Assembly: GCA_963837175.1 (NCBI GenBank)
Contig: CAWIMJ010000025.1
Location: forward strand, 32,001-96,000
Reading direction: 5' to 3'
DNA length: 64,000 nucleotides
Source: an uncultured Nitrososphaeraceae archaeon
GTDB lineage: Archaea; Thermoproteota; Nitrososphaeria; Nitrososphaerales; Nitrososphaeraceae
In this document: positions 20,145-30,801 of the stretch, one piece after another
Position numbering within the stretch: position 1 is the stretch's first letter
Layout of the letters: the number at the start of each line of letters is the position of its first letter
Notes under the pieces: model-generated
Database searches by the model: none
The model's input: only the letters and a program-made list of their open reading frames with translations
Told to the model about the DNA's origin: nothing
Position numbers and translations under genes: made by a program

Positions 20145-21327
20145 TTATGGGTACTGACCACATACATAACCGTCGAATTCAAACATAATCACTTTCATCT
20201 CCAGTTCCCTTTTAGAGTGTTCGTACATCTGCTGATAGACTCTTTTACATATTAAATCAAAAAATCCACTAACATTGTTCTTATTTATTATCTCAGATAC
20301 ATGTCTTGCGGTATTAGCTCGTCTTATGTCTTCAACGACTGAGTCAGGAGAATTACATTCAGCAGCAGTCTTTGCCATGAATTCCATGTTTACATGTGAT
20401 CCCCTTACATGTGTTTGTTTGATTCCCATTGCCATCTTAGTTAATTTTCCAATAAAACCAGCTATGATAGCTTTTTGAATTTTTTTATTTGAACATTGCT
20501 TTATAGCATAACCAGCAAAATCACCTATCTGTATAAAGGCGTGATCGGGTAATGATTTTCCAAATATTCCTTTAGCGAAATCTTCACTACGGCCTCCTGT
20601 AGTTAGGACAACTGTATAGGTGCCCAATGCAACAGATACATCCAAACTCTGACGGATAGAGGCAGCAAAGGATGCGGTAGAATATGGTAATACAATTCCA
20701 GTAGTACCAAGTATCGATATCCCTCCTAATATACCCAATCTTGGATTATCAGTTCTTGTAGCAAGTTCAACGCCTTTAGGAACTGAAATGATTATACTAA
20801 TACCATTTTGTTTCAAATAAGGCACAGAAGCGACCTCTCTGACAGCTTGTTCAATCATTTTTAGAGGTGTCGGATTTATCGCAGGCTTTCCAATCTCAAG
20901 CCCCAATCCTGGCTTTGTTATCCTGCCAACGCCTTTACCTCCATCGATGATTATCTCACCTATTTGATCGACAAGGGATACAGTAGAACAAATTTCAGCT
21001 CCGTCTGTTACATCTGGATCATCTCCTGCATATTTTATAACAGCAGACGTTACTGAATCATTTCCTTCAATTTTTGTCCTTGCAATTTTAATTATTGCAT
21101 TTTTTTCCCTAGGTAAAGAAACTACTACACTATCGACAGTTTTGCCATATATCAAAGCTAAAAGTGCTCGCCTTTGTAGCTGCGGCCGCGGAAGTTCCAG
21201 TAGTATAGCCAGTCCTCAGCTTGCCTTGTTTTTGCTTTTCTTCAATTTCAAAAGGAAGTTCCTGCTCTTGTTCAGCTAAATTCAATTCTTCTTCTTTGTC
21301 ACCTTCAATTTTTTCAAAGTATACCAA
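20145..21327 (-). CDS. cbiD: cobalt-precorrin-5B C1-methyltransferase CbiD (split by 1-nt insertion near 21169)
   Basis: LRTGYTTGTSAAAATKA in 21130..21327 continues as ALLALIYGK..AGDDPDVT..NPRLGILGGISILGTTGIV in 20145..21155. Confidence 0.93.
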
Positions 21328-21336
21328 AAATAATCC

Positions 21337-22106
21337 CTACTCTAATAACACACGGCTATCGTCTATTACAATAGTATTTCCAGTCGTAAAAGAGAAATTA
21401 CAAATTGCTATACACGTAGCTACCTTTGCGACCTCTTCTGGTTTTCCCCACCTTTTCATTGAAGATTCTTCATTAGCTTTTTTTATATCTTCTTGACTCA
21501 TAGAATTGAACGTTGCCTCTGTTGCAATGTTTCGAAGCGCTAAAGTATAAGCACGAATATTATTACGTCCATACTCCAGTGCAATATGTTCCGTTAATGC
21601 TATAAGTGGAGCTTTAGCTAAAGTATAAGGCGGTCCTAGAACATGTCCAGATATCGCAGGGGTTGAAGATATATTAATTATTATTCCCCCCATTCCATTT
21701 TTCAGCATATGGTTAATAACTACTTTAGATAATCATACAGGTCCTTTTAAATCAACTTCTGGAGTTTTATCTAACTCTTCATCTGTAATCTGGTAAAATT
21801 TTTTATACTAAATTTCGCTATTGAATGGGTATCCTGCGTTAATTATGAGTATACATATTCTACCGTGATTTGAGAGCATCTGCTGCAAAAAACTTGTCGC
21901 GCTTGCGTTACAAGTTATATCAATTTCTGCAGGAAAAGCGTTACCGTTGATTTGTTTGGCTACTCTCTCTGCTTTTTAAATACTCTAGAACAGACAATGA
22001 CTGTTATGTCATTATTTTCTGCATATTCTTTTGAGATAGCAAAACCAATGCCTTTAGCGGATCCTGTAACTACTGCTGTCTTTCCTTTAAGTGACATTTT
22101 AGTCAT
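21337..22106 (-). pseudogene. SDR family oxidoreductase pseudogene
   Basis: ATG at 22106: MTKMSLKGKTAVVTGSAKGIG, INAG, YTLAK; two in-frame stops (TAG ~21808, TGA ~21733). Confidence 0.85.
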
Positions 22107-22196
22107 CTATTCTTCGATTATAAGTATTTTTAGGGTTATTGATATCGATATTTCACAACCATTTAATTAAGAAAAGCATAGTTATGATTAGATTTC

Positions 22197-23081
22197 ATGT
22201 CCTCTATAGAAATTGCAGCCAGCGTGGTCAGAATTTTAGAGTTGGAAGATTTCAAGCTGCTTAAAGTTTTTGCGTCAGGCATGAAACATCATGAATCTTT
22301 AACTAAGGAACAGATAACTAACTATTCAAAACTACATCGAACCTCTATCAACTATCGAATAGGACGGCTGCATGAAATGAAACTATTAGGTAAAAACGAA
22401 TCTGGATATACTCTTCTTATGGCAGGTCTGGATGCAATTGCACTGAAGATTTTTGCAGATAAAGATATAGTAACTGGTGTTGGTAGGCCCATAGGTATTG
22501 GCAAAGAATCAGATGTGATTAGAGCAATTACTCCATCAGGAGAGGAGCGTGCAATCAAATTCTTTAGAATTGGCAGGATTAGTTTCAGAGATGCAAGGCG
22601 AAAAAGAGCGTATGGGGATAACGAAGGTATTCATAATTGGCTGATGATGAATATCGAGGCAGCAAAAAAAGAATACGACATTCTACAAGCACTTCGAGGC
22701 ACAGGAATAAGAATTCCAACTACGTATTATCGTGCATTGCATTCTGTTGTAATGAATAATATATCTGGGTCAATGTTAATAGATCTTAAAACACTGAATG
22801 CGCCAGCAACCACTTTACAGAAGATTTTAAATGATATTCGAATCTGCTACAATAATGATATCATTAATTGTGATATTAGCGAATATAACACTGTATTAGA
22901 CAATAATGACAATATATGGATAATCGACTGGCCTCAAGCAGTCACACGAGAACATCTAAATGCTAATGATTTAATAAAAAGAGATGTTTTTAATATTGTG
23001 AAATTTTTTAACAGGAGATTCGGGACAACTAAAGTTTTAGAAGAAGCTTTGGAGGAAGTAATTACTCCGCAAGCTATTTGA
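22197..23081 (+). CDS. rio2: Rio2 serine/threonine kinase
   Basis: N-terminal wHTH; [26 protein letters not shown] and IIDWPQ. Confidence 0.92.
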   Translation: MSSIEIAASVVRILELEDFKLLKVFASGMKHHESLTKEQITNYSKLHRTSINYRIGRLHEMKLLGKNESGYTLLMAGLDAIALKIFADKDIVTGVGRPIGIGKESDVIRAITPSGEERAIKFFRIGRISFRDARRKRAYGDNEGIHNWLMMNIEAAKKEYDILQALRGTGIRIPTTYYRALHSVVMNNISGSMLIDLKTLNAPATTLQKILNDIRICYNNDIINCDISEYNTVLDNNDNIWIIDWPQAVTREHLNANDLIKRDVFNIVKFFNRRFGTTKVLEEALEEVITPQAI

Positions 23082-24246
23082 GTAATGTCAAAACCATATC
23101 TATTTTTTCCCATGTAAAGGAGGGTTCGTTTCTACCAAAATGTCCGTATGCCGCGGTTTTTCTGTATATTGGCCTTTTCAGATCAAGCATCTTAATAATT
23201 CCTGCGGGTCTCATATCAAAGGTGTTTGATACCTTGGATTCTATTAATTCCTCAGGTATTTTTCCAGTACCAAAGGTATCTACCATTACTGAAACTGGTT
23301 TAGCCACGCCTATAGCATACGCGATTTGGACTTCACACTTGTCTGCTAATCCTGTTGCAACAATATTCTTGGCTATATATCTTGCCATGTAGCATGCAGA
23401 TCTGTCCACCTTGGATGGATCCTTACCAGAAAAGGCACCCCCGCCGTGTCTCCCTATCCCGCCATAAGTATCAGCAATAATTTTTCTACCAGTTAAACCT
23501 GTGTCACCGGGTGGTCCGCCAATTACAAACCTTCCTGTAGGATTAACAAGAAATTGGGTTTTATTATCAATCCAACTGCCGCAAACTGGTCTTATTACTT
23601 TGTCAATAATCTCTTCTCTTAATTGACTCAAACTTATATCCGGTGAATGCTGTGTAGAAATTACAACAGTATCGATTTTTTTTGGTTTAGAATCTTCGTA
23701 GACAACAGAAACTTGAGACTTTCCATCAGGCCATACCCAGCTCAAATCTTTATTCTTTCTCACTTGGGATAATTTCATAGTTAGTTTATGAGCTAGGGTT
23801 ATTGGCAGCGGCATTAATTCCGGAGTCTCATTTGTTGCATAGCCGAACATGAGCCCTTGGTCTCCTGCTCCTTGTTCTTTGTTATTTCCTGCATTTACTC
23901 CCATAGAAATATCTGAACTCTGTTCATGTAATGAGACAAGCACCGAACAGCTGTTGTAGTCGAATCCGTATTCTGGTTTAGTGTAACCTATTTCTCGAAT
24001 GGTCTCACGCACAATATTTTGCACATCCACATGCGCTTTGGAGGTGGTTTCACCAGCAACAAATACAATACCTGTAGTTGTCATCGATTCTACTGCAACA
24101 CGAGAGTCAGGATCCTGTTCCAAAAATTTATCAAGGATCGAATCAGAAATCAGGTCACAAACTTTGTCTGGATGACCTTCGGTAACGCTTTCCGAGGTGA
24201 ATAGATATTTTCTGACCATTTCTGTTACTTTATCCTCGGAAGCCAC
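23074..24246 (-). CDS. metK: methionine adenosyltransferase (bacterial/eukaryotic type)
   Basis: [19 protein letters not shown] and [16 protein letters not shown]. Confidence 0.97.
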   Translation of the reverse strand: MASEDKVTEMVRKYLFTSESVTEGHPDKVCDLISDSILDKFLEQDPDSRVAVESMTTTGIVFVAGETTSKAHVDVQNIVRETIREIGYTKPEYGFDYNSCSVLVSLHEQSSDISMGVNAGNNKEQGAGDQGLMFGYATNETPELMPLPITLAHKLTMKLSQVRKNKDLSWVWPDGKSQVSVVYEDSKPKKIDTVVISTQHSPDISLSQLREEIIDKVIRPVCGSWIDNKTQFLVNPTGRFVIGGPPGDTGLTGRKIIADTYGGIGRHGGGAFSGKDPSKVDRSACYMARYIAKNIVATGLADKCEVQIAYAIGVAKPVSVMVDTFGTGKIPEELIESKVSNTFDMRPAGIIKMLDLKRPIYRKTAAYGHFGRNEPSFTWEKIDMVLTLLK

Positions 24247-24270
24247 GAGTTAAAAGACTCATCATGTACG

Positions 24271-24528
24271 TTAGAACTCTTTCTCTAGCTTTATAAACAA
24301 CACATTATTACCTCTAATTACAACTTTACCGTAATTTGCTATAACATCTGTACCGTTATATTCTTCAGCATCCATAAGTATAAGATTCATATAGGAATCG
24401 ACATTGTTCATTCTACCGCGGTATTCTATTTCACTCTTCAATCTCACGGCAACCTTCCTATTTATATAACGCTGTAAAGTAGACAAAGGCCGCTTTGGTT
24501 GTTGCTGAGATGATGATGAAGATGACAC
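24271..24528 (-). CDS. Sm-like (Lsm/SmAP) protein
   Basis: Sm1 (YRG..VDSYMNLIL.DAEE) and Sm2 (VIRGNNV) motifs. Confidence 0.95.
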   Translation of the reverse strand: MSSSSSSQQQPKRPLSTLQRYINRKVAVRLKSEIEYRGRMNNVDSYMNLILMDAEEYNGTDVIANYGKVVIRGNNVLFIKLEKEF

Positions 24529-24559
24529 TTCAATTAATCACTTTGCAATTCAAAACATC

Positions 24560-25348
24560 ATGGCTAGAATAAAAAGGTTCCTCGAATATCCTACTGGATT
24601 TATTATAGATAATAGATCAAAGAGAGTATTGCCTATAATTATACCTACAGGCTCATTATCGCTTGATCGGCTCTTGGGAGGCGGTATCCGTACTGGATTA
24701 GTTACGGATATTTACGGACAGAGTGGGGCTGGAAAATCTCAATTGTGTTTTTCACTTTGTGTCAACTGCGCCAAATATCTTAAACAGAACGAAATGATAA
24801 TGTTTATTGATACCGTGGGTACATTTAGACCTGAGAGAGTATCTGAAATCGCCAGACAGGATACCAATAGTAAAATCCTTGACAAAATTTTATATATCAG
24901 AGCGTTTTCTACGATTGAACAGATAAAAGCAATCAAGAAAATCCCCGAAATTAATCCCCTGTTAATAGTAATAGACACTGCGACATCACTATTTTCGTAC
25001 GAGTATAGAGGTGTCGCCAGACACCTCGCGTTAATGAAGCATCTTCATGAATTATCTTTTGCCGCGATTAATTTTGATTGTGCAATTGTAATAACTAATA
25101 TGATTCGTAGTGTTCCTCTTATTAGAACGTTAACTACTCAACATGACAGTAATACAGCAACTAATTCATACCAACAGCGCGAATTTATGGGAACATCGGT
25201 TTCAATTTATTCTCATATGAAATTGAGGCTTGAAATTGTTAACTCAGAGAAGTCGATAATTAGAGCAAATCTTATGCATCCTATACGTAGAAATCACGCA
25301 GACTTTAGGATAGTATCAAGAGGCTTTTCAGATCAATTTATACAATAA
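24560..25348 (+). CDS. RecA/RadA paralog (RadB-like) lacking the N-terminal HhH domain
   Basis: PTGSLSLDRLLGGGI, Walker A GQSGAGKS, IDTVGTFRPER, Walker B IVIDT, ITN. Confidence 0.88.
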   Translation: MARIKRFLEYPTGFIIDNRSKRVLPIIIPTGSLSLDRLLGGGIRTGLVTDIYGQSGAGKSQLCFSLCVNCAKYLKQNEMIMFIDTVGTFRPERVSEIARQDTNSKILDKILYIRAFSTIEQIKAIKKIPEINPLLIVIDTATSLFSYEYRGVARHLALMKHLHELSFAAINFDCAIVITNMIRSVPLIRTLTTQHDSNTATNSYQQREFMGTSVSIYSHMKLRLEIVNSEKSIIRANLMHPIRRNHADFRIVSRGFSDQFIQ

Positions 25349-25668
25349 AACAAACAACAGCAATAATAATCCTCTATTTTGAATTAGATATGAAATCTCC
25401 TATGTTGGCATTCAGATTTAGAATCAATACATGTAGGTGTAGTTTTTGTTTTTAGTGTTTAGTATAATAGTTCGATCATATTATTCAGAAGTGCACTGCA
25501 GTATTTGAGAGAAAAGATTTCCTAGTTCTCTTCTAAATTAGCAAGGATAAATCTTGCCTGGGTAAGACTTTATCCTATATGCTATAGAGATTTAATTATT
25601 GTTCATCTGATAGATTTCTACGCTAAATTCTTAAACAGCTAGAGAAATAGAAAATATCAAAGGTAATA

Positions 25669-26004
25669 TTGAGTATGGACAAATTGGAAATGATCTTCGA
25701 AATGCAAAGAACATTAGCCGAATTTATTAAATCTCCCCGATATCCAGCAGAGAAAGAACAGCGCATATGTGCCCTTAGCACTGCCATTGTCCATGAGGCA
25801 ATAGAACTTCAAAGACTCACAAATTGGAAATGGTGGAAAAAACCGGTTCGATTTGATGAAGACATGGCAAAAGAAGAGCTAGTTGATATATGGCATTTTT
25901 TAATTCAAGCAACCCTTGAACTTGGGATGACTCCTTCTGATGTTTTGAAAGAATATACCAAAAAAAATCAGATTAATAGAAATAGACAAAAAATGGACTA
26001 CTGA
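25669..26004 (+). CDS. all-alpha (dimeric-type) dUTPase / NTP pyrophosphohydrolase
   Basis: EAIEL..WKWWK, EELVDIWHF and YTKKNQINRNRQ. Confidence 0.88.
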   Translation: MSMDKLEMIFEMQRTLAEFIKSPRYPAEKEQRICALSTAIVHEAIELQRLTNWKWWKKPVRFDEDMAKEELVDIWHFLIQATLELGMTPSDVLKEYTKKNQINRNRQKMDY

Positions 26005-26799
26005 CAAATTACAAAATGATTCTTTATCATAGTAGTGTGTGTGTATGTATATATCACTATGTTTAATTGTGACGGGATTCAACATTTAATTCTTCAAATG
26101 TTTTATTATCCTGAGGAATATCTCAGTAGATGTTATATAATATTAGTGTCGAGAATCAATATATTTCTATACTTCATATTCACGGAAGAAAAATCGCACT
26201 TGTCCTGGTATATCTCCCTCGATAACATGCAGATTAAAACGATTTTACCTTTCGCTAGATAATATTTATTTTGACTGCTATTAAACTATCATAATCTAGT
26301 AGTGTTAATGATAATAATTAATTATCCTCTTATCTTGAGAATGTGAGATGCAGAATTTGGCTTTGACAAAATCTCGCTAATATTATTATTATATTTTTTG
26401 ATTCTATTTTTGCTCCAACTATATAATCAATATCACTATCACTAGTTTGGATTGCCTAATCTTAATTGAAGTTGCGATTATCTTAAGTTACTGTTCAGTG
26501 TACAGTAAACAATAGTAATGTGTTTATCATTAGAGATGACGTCGCGACCCTTAAGATCATTATCACCAAGCTGAGATAGTTTTGTCGATAAATTAATTAC
26601 ACAAGCTTTTGTTATATTTATTGTTAATAAATAATAACTTTAAATATAAAATGCAGTGGATAAGATTTGGCTATTTTCTATTTTTTTTACAATCTCTATA
26701 ATAGTGCAGATTCTATCATCATGATCTTAGATACATGTTTTAAAGATAATACTACCTTTATATCACATCCAAAAACTATCATGAAACGATATCAACAAT

Positions 26800-27336
26800 A
26801 TGTCTTCAGAAAAAGGGATGGTTATAGTTTATACAGGCAGAGGAAAGGGTAAAACCACTGCTGCATTAGGAATAGTTTTACGGTCAGTGGGTCACGGGCA
26901 CAAGGTTGGAATGATTCAGTTTATCAAGGGCGAGTGGTACTATGGCGAACTTTCAAGCTCGAAGAGACTAGAACCCGAATTTGAAATGATAGCAGCAGGT
27001 AAAGGATTTGTTGGAATTATTGATGACGACCACCCCACAGAGGATCACCAAAAAGCAGCCAAAGAGGCTGTTGTACTGGCAAAGAGGAGGCTATCATCTG
27101 GCGAATACGATATAATTGTATTGGATGAAATAAACTATGCTGTAAAGTTAAATTTGATATCAGTAGAAGATGTTCTTGAGCTAGTCAAAATGCGGCCTAA
27201 AAGAACTAGCTTGGTTCTGACTGGTAATTATGCTCCAGAAGAGATTATTGCTGTAGCGGATCTCGTTACTGAAATGAAGGAGATAAAACACCCATACCGA
27301 TTAGGTATCAAAGCCAAAAAAGGAATTGATTATTAA
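26800..27336 (+). CDS. cobO: cob(I)yrinic acid a,c-diamide adenosyltransferase
   Basis: YTGRGKGKTTAALG, QFIKG, LDEI and ADLVTEMKEIKHP. Confidence 0.95.
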   Translation: MSSEKGMVIVYTGRGKGKTTAALGIVLRSVGHGHKVGMIQFIKGEWYYGELSSSKRLEPEFEMIAAGKGFVGIIDDDHPTEDHQKAAKEAVVLAKRRLSSGEYDIIVLDEINYAVKLNLISVEDVLELVKMRPKRTSLVLTGNYAPEEIIAVADLVTEMKEIKHPYRLGIKAKKGIDY

Positions 27337-27471
27337 TTCATTTTTATAATCGTATTGCTTTCCTTGCAAGTCTTGAAAATTTTCCAATTATATAATTACA
27401 ATCAATTTCAATTTATGATGTTAATGGAGGGCAACCTTAAAGTATCTCATTTGTTCGGTTTACCTTTACAA

Positions 27472-28279
27472 ATGGCTACTGCCGAGATTAAACAACTTCC
27501 TGATGCCGGTGATATTGTTGTTGCAACTATTAAAGAAATTACAGGTCACGGAGCTTATGTTATTCTAGATGAATATAACGGTATGACTGGCTTTCTCCAC
27601 ATATCTGAAATTGCTACAGGCTGGATACGTAATATTGAGCGTTATGTAAAACCCAAACAGAAAGCAGTATTAAAAGTAATTAGAGTAGATAAAGCCAGGG
27701 CAGAGGTAGATCTTTCGCTCAAGCAAGTATCCGGGGAAGAGCGAAAATCCAAATTAATAGAAGTAAAAAAGACTGAAAAAGCCTCTGCTTTTATGGAGAT
27801 TATAAAGGTAAAAGCACAGGTTAACGATTCACAGATTAAAGAAATTGAGGATAAAATACTTCAAAAGTATGATTATGTATATGATGTTTTTGAAACAGCA
27901 GCGAGAAAGGGAATTGATGCAATTCAAAATCTAGATTTACCCGAGACAGTAATAAAGGCTATCGAAGAGGAAAGCGAGCAAGATACAGATACCCCGGGTC
28001 GAAATTAGAGGAATATTAGAAGTATCTTTAAAGAAATCCGACGGCATTGAAGTGATCAAAAATATATTATCGGCTGCTGAAACAAGCAAGAGCAATGCGC
28101 ATATCAATATTTCGTATATTGCTGCTCCAAGATATAGAATAGTAGTATCAGCAGATAATTTTAAGGTAGCCGAGAAAGCATTAAATAATATTGTAGAGAA
28201 GATTCGAAACGCTATTGAGAAACAGCGAGGCACTTTTGGTTATATCCGTCAAGAATCTAAGAAATCCCATCAAGGATAG
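27472..28279 (+). CDS. eif2a: translation initiation factor 2 alpha subunit (split by 1-nt insertion near 27976)
   Basis: S1 domain ([24 protein letters not shown]); C-terminal YIAAPRYRI in the second frame; directly upstream of nop10. Confidence 0.93.
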
Positions 28280-28284
28280 AACAA

Positions 28285-28482
28285 ATGAAACATCTTATCC
28301 GAAAGTGTTGTGGATGTAATAGATATACCCTCAGAAAGCAATGCCCAATATGCAATGCACCTACAATTGATCCCCATCCTGCAAAATACTCACCAGATGA
28401 CAAATATGTTAGATACAGGATTGCAGATCGCTATAGTCAAATAGACACTGACTATTCTACTAAATTACAGGATGATCTTTAA
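28285..28482 (+). CDS. nop10: H/ACA RNP protein Nop10
   Basis: RYTL..CPIC..HPAKYSPDDKYVRYR. Confidence 0.93.
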   Translation: MKHLIRKCCGCNRYTLRKQCPICNAPTIDPHPAKYSPDDKYVRYRIADRYSQIDTDYSTKLQDDL

Positions 28483-28805
28483 TATATAATATTTTTTGAG
28501 ATTTGTCGATAATTAATTAGAATATAATCTTAATTTAAGTACCAAAATGGACCCATAGTTGAGAGGATTTTATATTTATTTTTTGAGTATTATGTCGACA
28601 AAGTAGTGCGCAATAAATTCTTTGATGTCGAAGGTTGAAAGCCTAAATGATATAATACAAGTTCAAGAAAATTACAAAAATATTCGTATGAGTCGAAAAA
28701 ATTAGAGATAATTTAAAAACGAGGCAGATTATAAATTATGATTATCTATTCTAATCAATATGAATAAAAGGGAAATTATATTCGGCTACAAATAGAAAAT
28801 ATAAC

Positions 28806-29156
28806 TTACTGATTTGTGTTGTTATTGCCTACAGTCGTTGTATTGGTCATATTAGTTGAATTGTTACTTGGTGTAGCATTAACGACATATTCTGTTGCTG
28901 TGCTTGTGGCCTCATCTCCTGCATTGCGTGTTATATTTAGCACAGACCCAAATATTGGATTACTACTAGTCTGATTAGTTGCCATTAGATCAGTTGCATT
29001 TGTCATTTGAGTTTCTTGTGCCGAGGCCTGTTCTTCTAGGAGTGGACTAATAGCCAAAAACGATAACGCTAAGATTACTGCCAAAGAAGTAATTCCAGGA
29101 AAATCTACAGAGTCTGTACCATATTTTTTATTCATCAATATACAAAGACTCCGCAT
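28806..29156 (-). CDS. putative secreted Thr/Asn-rich hypothetical protein
   Basis: Hydrophobic segment followed by ASAQ; several N-x-T/S sequons. Confidence 0.65.
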   Translation of the reverse strand: MRSLCILMNKKYGTDSVDFPGITSLAVILALSFLAISPLLEEQASAQETQMTNATDLMATNQTSSNPIFGSVLNITRNAGDEATSTATEYVVNATPSNNSTNMTNTTTVGNNNTNQ

Positions 29157-29381
29157 GAAATTTATAAATTTCTACCTTCTATTCTAGGTGAAAGTATTAG
29201 ACACAATGATAATAAGAGTATTTCTTCTCAATGCATTACATTTACAGTCACATCACATACTGATATATAACATTCTTTTATACGAAAAATTTAACCTCTT
29301 AGAGACCGACTTAGCGTATTAATAAAAATATGAAGGATGTATCTGAATTTAAATTAATCCAGACACATGCCAGTAGTTATT

Positions 29382-30206
29382 TTATCTTCCTATACACAGT
29401 CCACTAGGATTGCTTGTTTCACAATTGTTGTTAGTAAAGGCGTTTGAATTGACGTTTGTAGCTAAACCGTTAGCATTGTTCAGATCAACTGTGTCTTTAA
29501 GGACATTATTGTCGGCTATTGTATTGTCACTGCTTTGGGCGTCAATAAATATTCCGTTCTGGCTTTCTCCTACATTATTCGTCGATATGATAGATTTACC
29601 AGTATTTACAAGTGTTATTCCAGCCAGTTGATTGCCAGTTATAAGATTTTCTCTCAAATTAAGAGCCTTGCTTGAATGTGCTGCAAATCCAATCTGATTA
29701 CGTGTGATTATATTCTGCATTGCTTGCAAACCATCTGTACCTGTAGAGAAAAGTGCAATTTGATTATCCGTAAAGATCACTTGTGTTATAAATGCTTTAT
29801 CAGCACCTGATGCTAAAATTCCTGCTTGAAATTGCTCTATTGTTCCTGGACCTTCAATTCTTACATTACTCGCTGAACCTAGAGATATGCCTACTTTTGA
29901 ACTGTCTGGACCTGGACCTGTAATTGTGTGGCCATTAAGTCTTATGATTGTATTGTCCTTTCCTACGATCAGACCGTCTCCTGTGCACTGTAGGTTAGAT
30001 GTCAATTCAACAACTCCGCTAACAACTTGTCCGCAAGCAGCAGTAGTAACTGGCCCTGTAGAACCACTTTGTTGATCTTGTTGTCCTTGTGTTTGTTGTA
30101 CTTCTTCTTCTTGTGCCATTGAGGATAATGGTTGCATTGTTAGACCACCTATCACTGCAAATGACACTATTGTCGCTACCATGTATGCCATTATTGTTCG
30201 TTTCAT
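29382..30206 (-). CDS. secreted right-handed parallel beta-helix (NosD/pectin-lyase-like) protein
   Basis: Signal peptide; LNGHTITG and N..GI repeats; Cys pairs at both ends. Confidence 0.82.
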   Translation of the reverse strand: MKRTIMAYMVATIVSFAVIGGLTMQPLSSMAQEEEVQQTQGQQDQQSGSTGPVTTAACGQVVSGVVELTSNLQCTGDGLIVGKDNTIIRLNGHTITGPGPDSSKVGISLGSASNVRIEGPGTIEQFQAGILASGADKAFITQVIFTDNQIALFSTGTDGLQAMQNIITRNQIGFAAHSSKALNLRENLITGNQLAGITLVNTGKSIISTNNVGESQNGIFIDAQSSDNTIADNNVLKDTVDLNNANGLATNVNSNAFTNNNCETSNPSGLCIGR

Positions 30207-30253
30207 TCAGAAGACTATTTTGAATTAAACTATATATGCTATACTCTTATTTC

Positions 30254-30316
30254 TATTGTAACTAAGTAGTTACGCTATTTATTGTAACTAAGTAGTTACG
30301 CTATTAATTGTAACTA
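30254..30316. repeat. 26-bp tandem repeat (2.4 copies), each full copy containing the palindrome GTAACT-N4-AGTTAC
   Basis: TATTGTAACTAAGTAGTTACGCTATT at 30254-30279 and 30280-30305, partial third copy to 30316. Confidence 0.9.
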
Positions 30317-30801
30317 TCTATTAGTATAACTAGTCGTTCTACTACAGTATCTATCTATCATAATCAATACTAACTTACTTATAGTGGTAAGTTCGATGAA
30401 CCACGACGCACCTGATCTTTCCTCAATCACAGAGAGAAAAATATAGATATCATCATTGGATATTAGACAGTCATTAACTGAATTGATTATTACCATTCTA
30501 CATTAACAATTGGGTTGATAAATATTAACAATATCGAAAATTGTTTTTTACATAATTACTGTTTAATTATTCTGAATATAAATAACTGCGCTTATAGGCT
30601 ATATTATTAAATAAAAAAAGGTACAGCATTATTAGTGTATTGAAATGAACATTATAGTTGACCTTCTTATATTTATATTATCTTTATAAACCTATTTATA
30701 TCTATATATATTTCATATACTAGTCTATTTTATCTCGACTTTTTCTGGAAACTCTGAAGCAAGAAGAAATATAAAGAAAACAAGAAAGGATAAGAAATTA
30801 G

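Noticed and set aside
21730-21812. Pyrrolysine/selenocysteine readthrough of the SDR stops
   Set aside because: Two different stop codons, further substitutions in conserved SDR motifs, and no recoding machinery visible; decay is simpler
26581-28520. Similar TTGTCGATAA(A)TTAATTA motifs flanking cobO-aIF2a-nop10
   Set aside because: Short, AT-rich and imperfect, and it brackets core genes; no sign of mobility
30254-30316. CRISPR array
   Set aside because: Repeats are directly adjacent with no spacers, and there are no cas genes in the window
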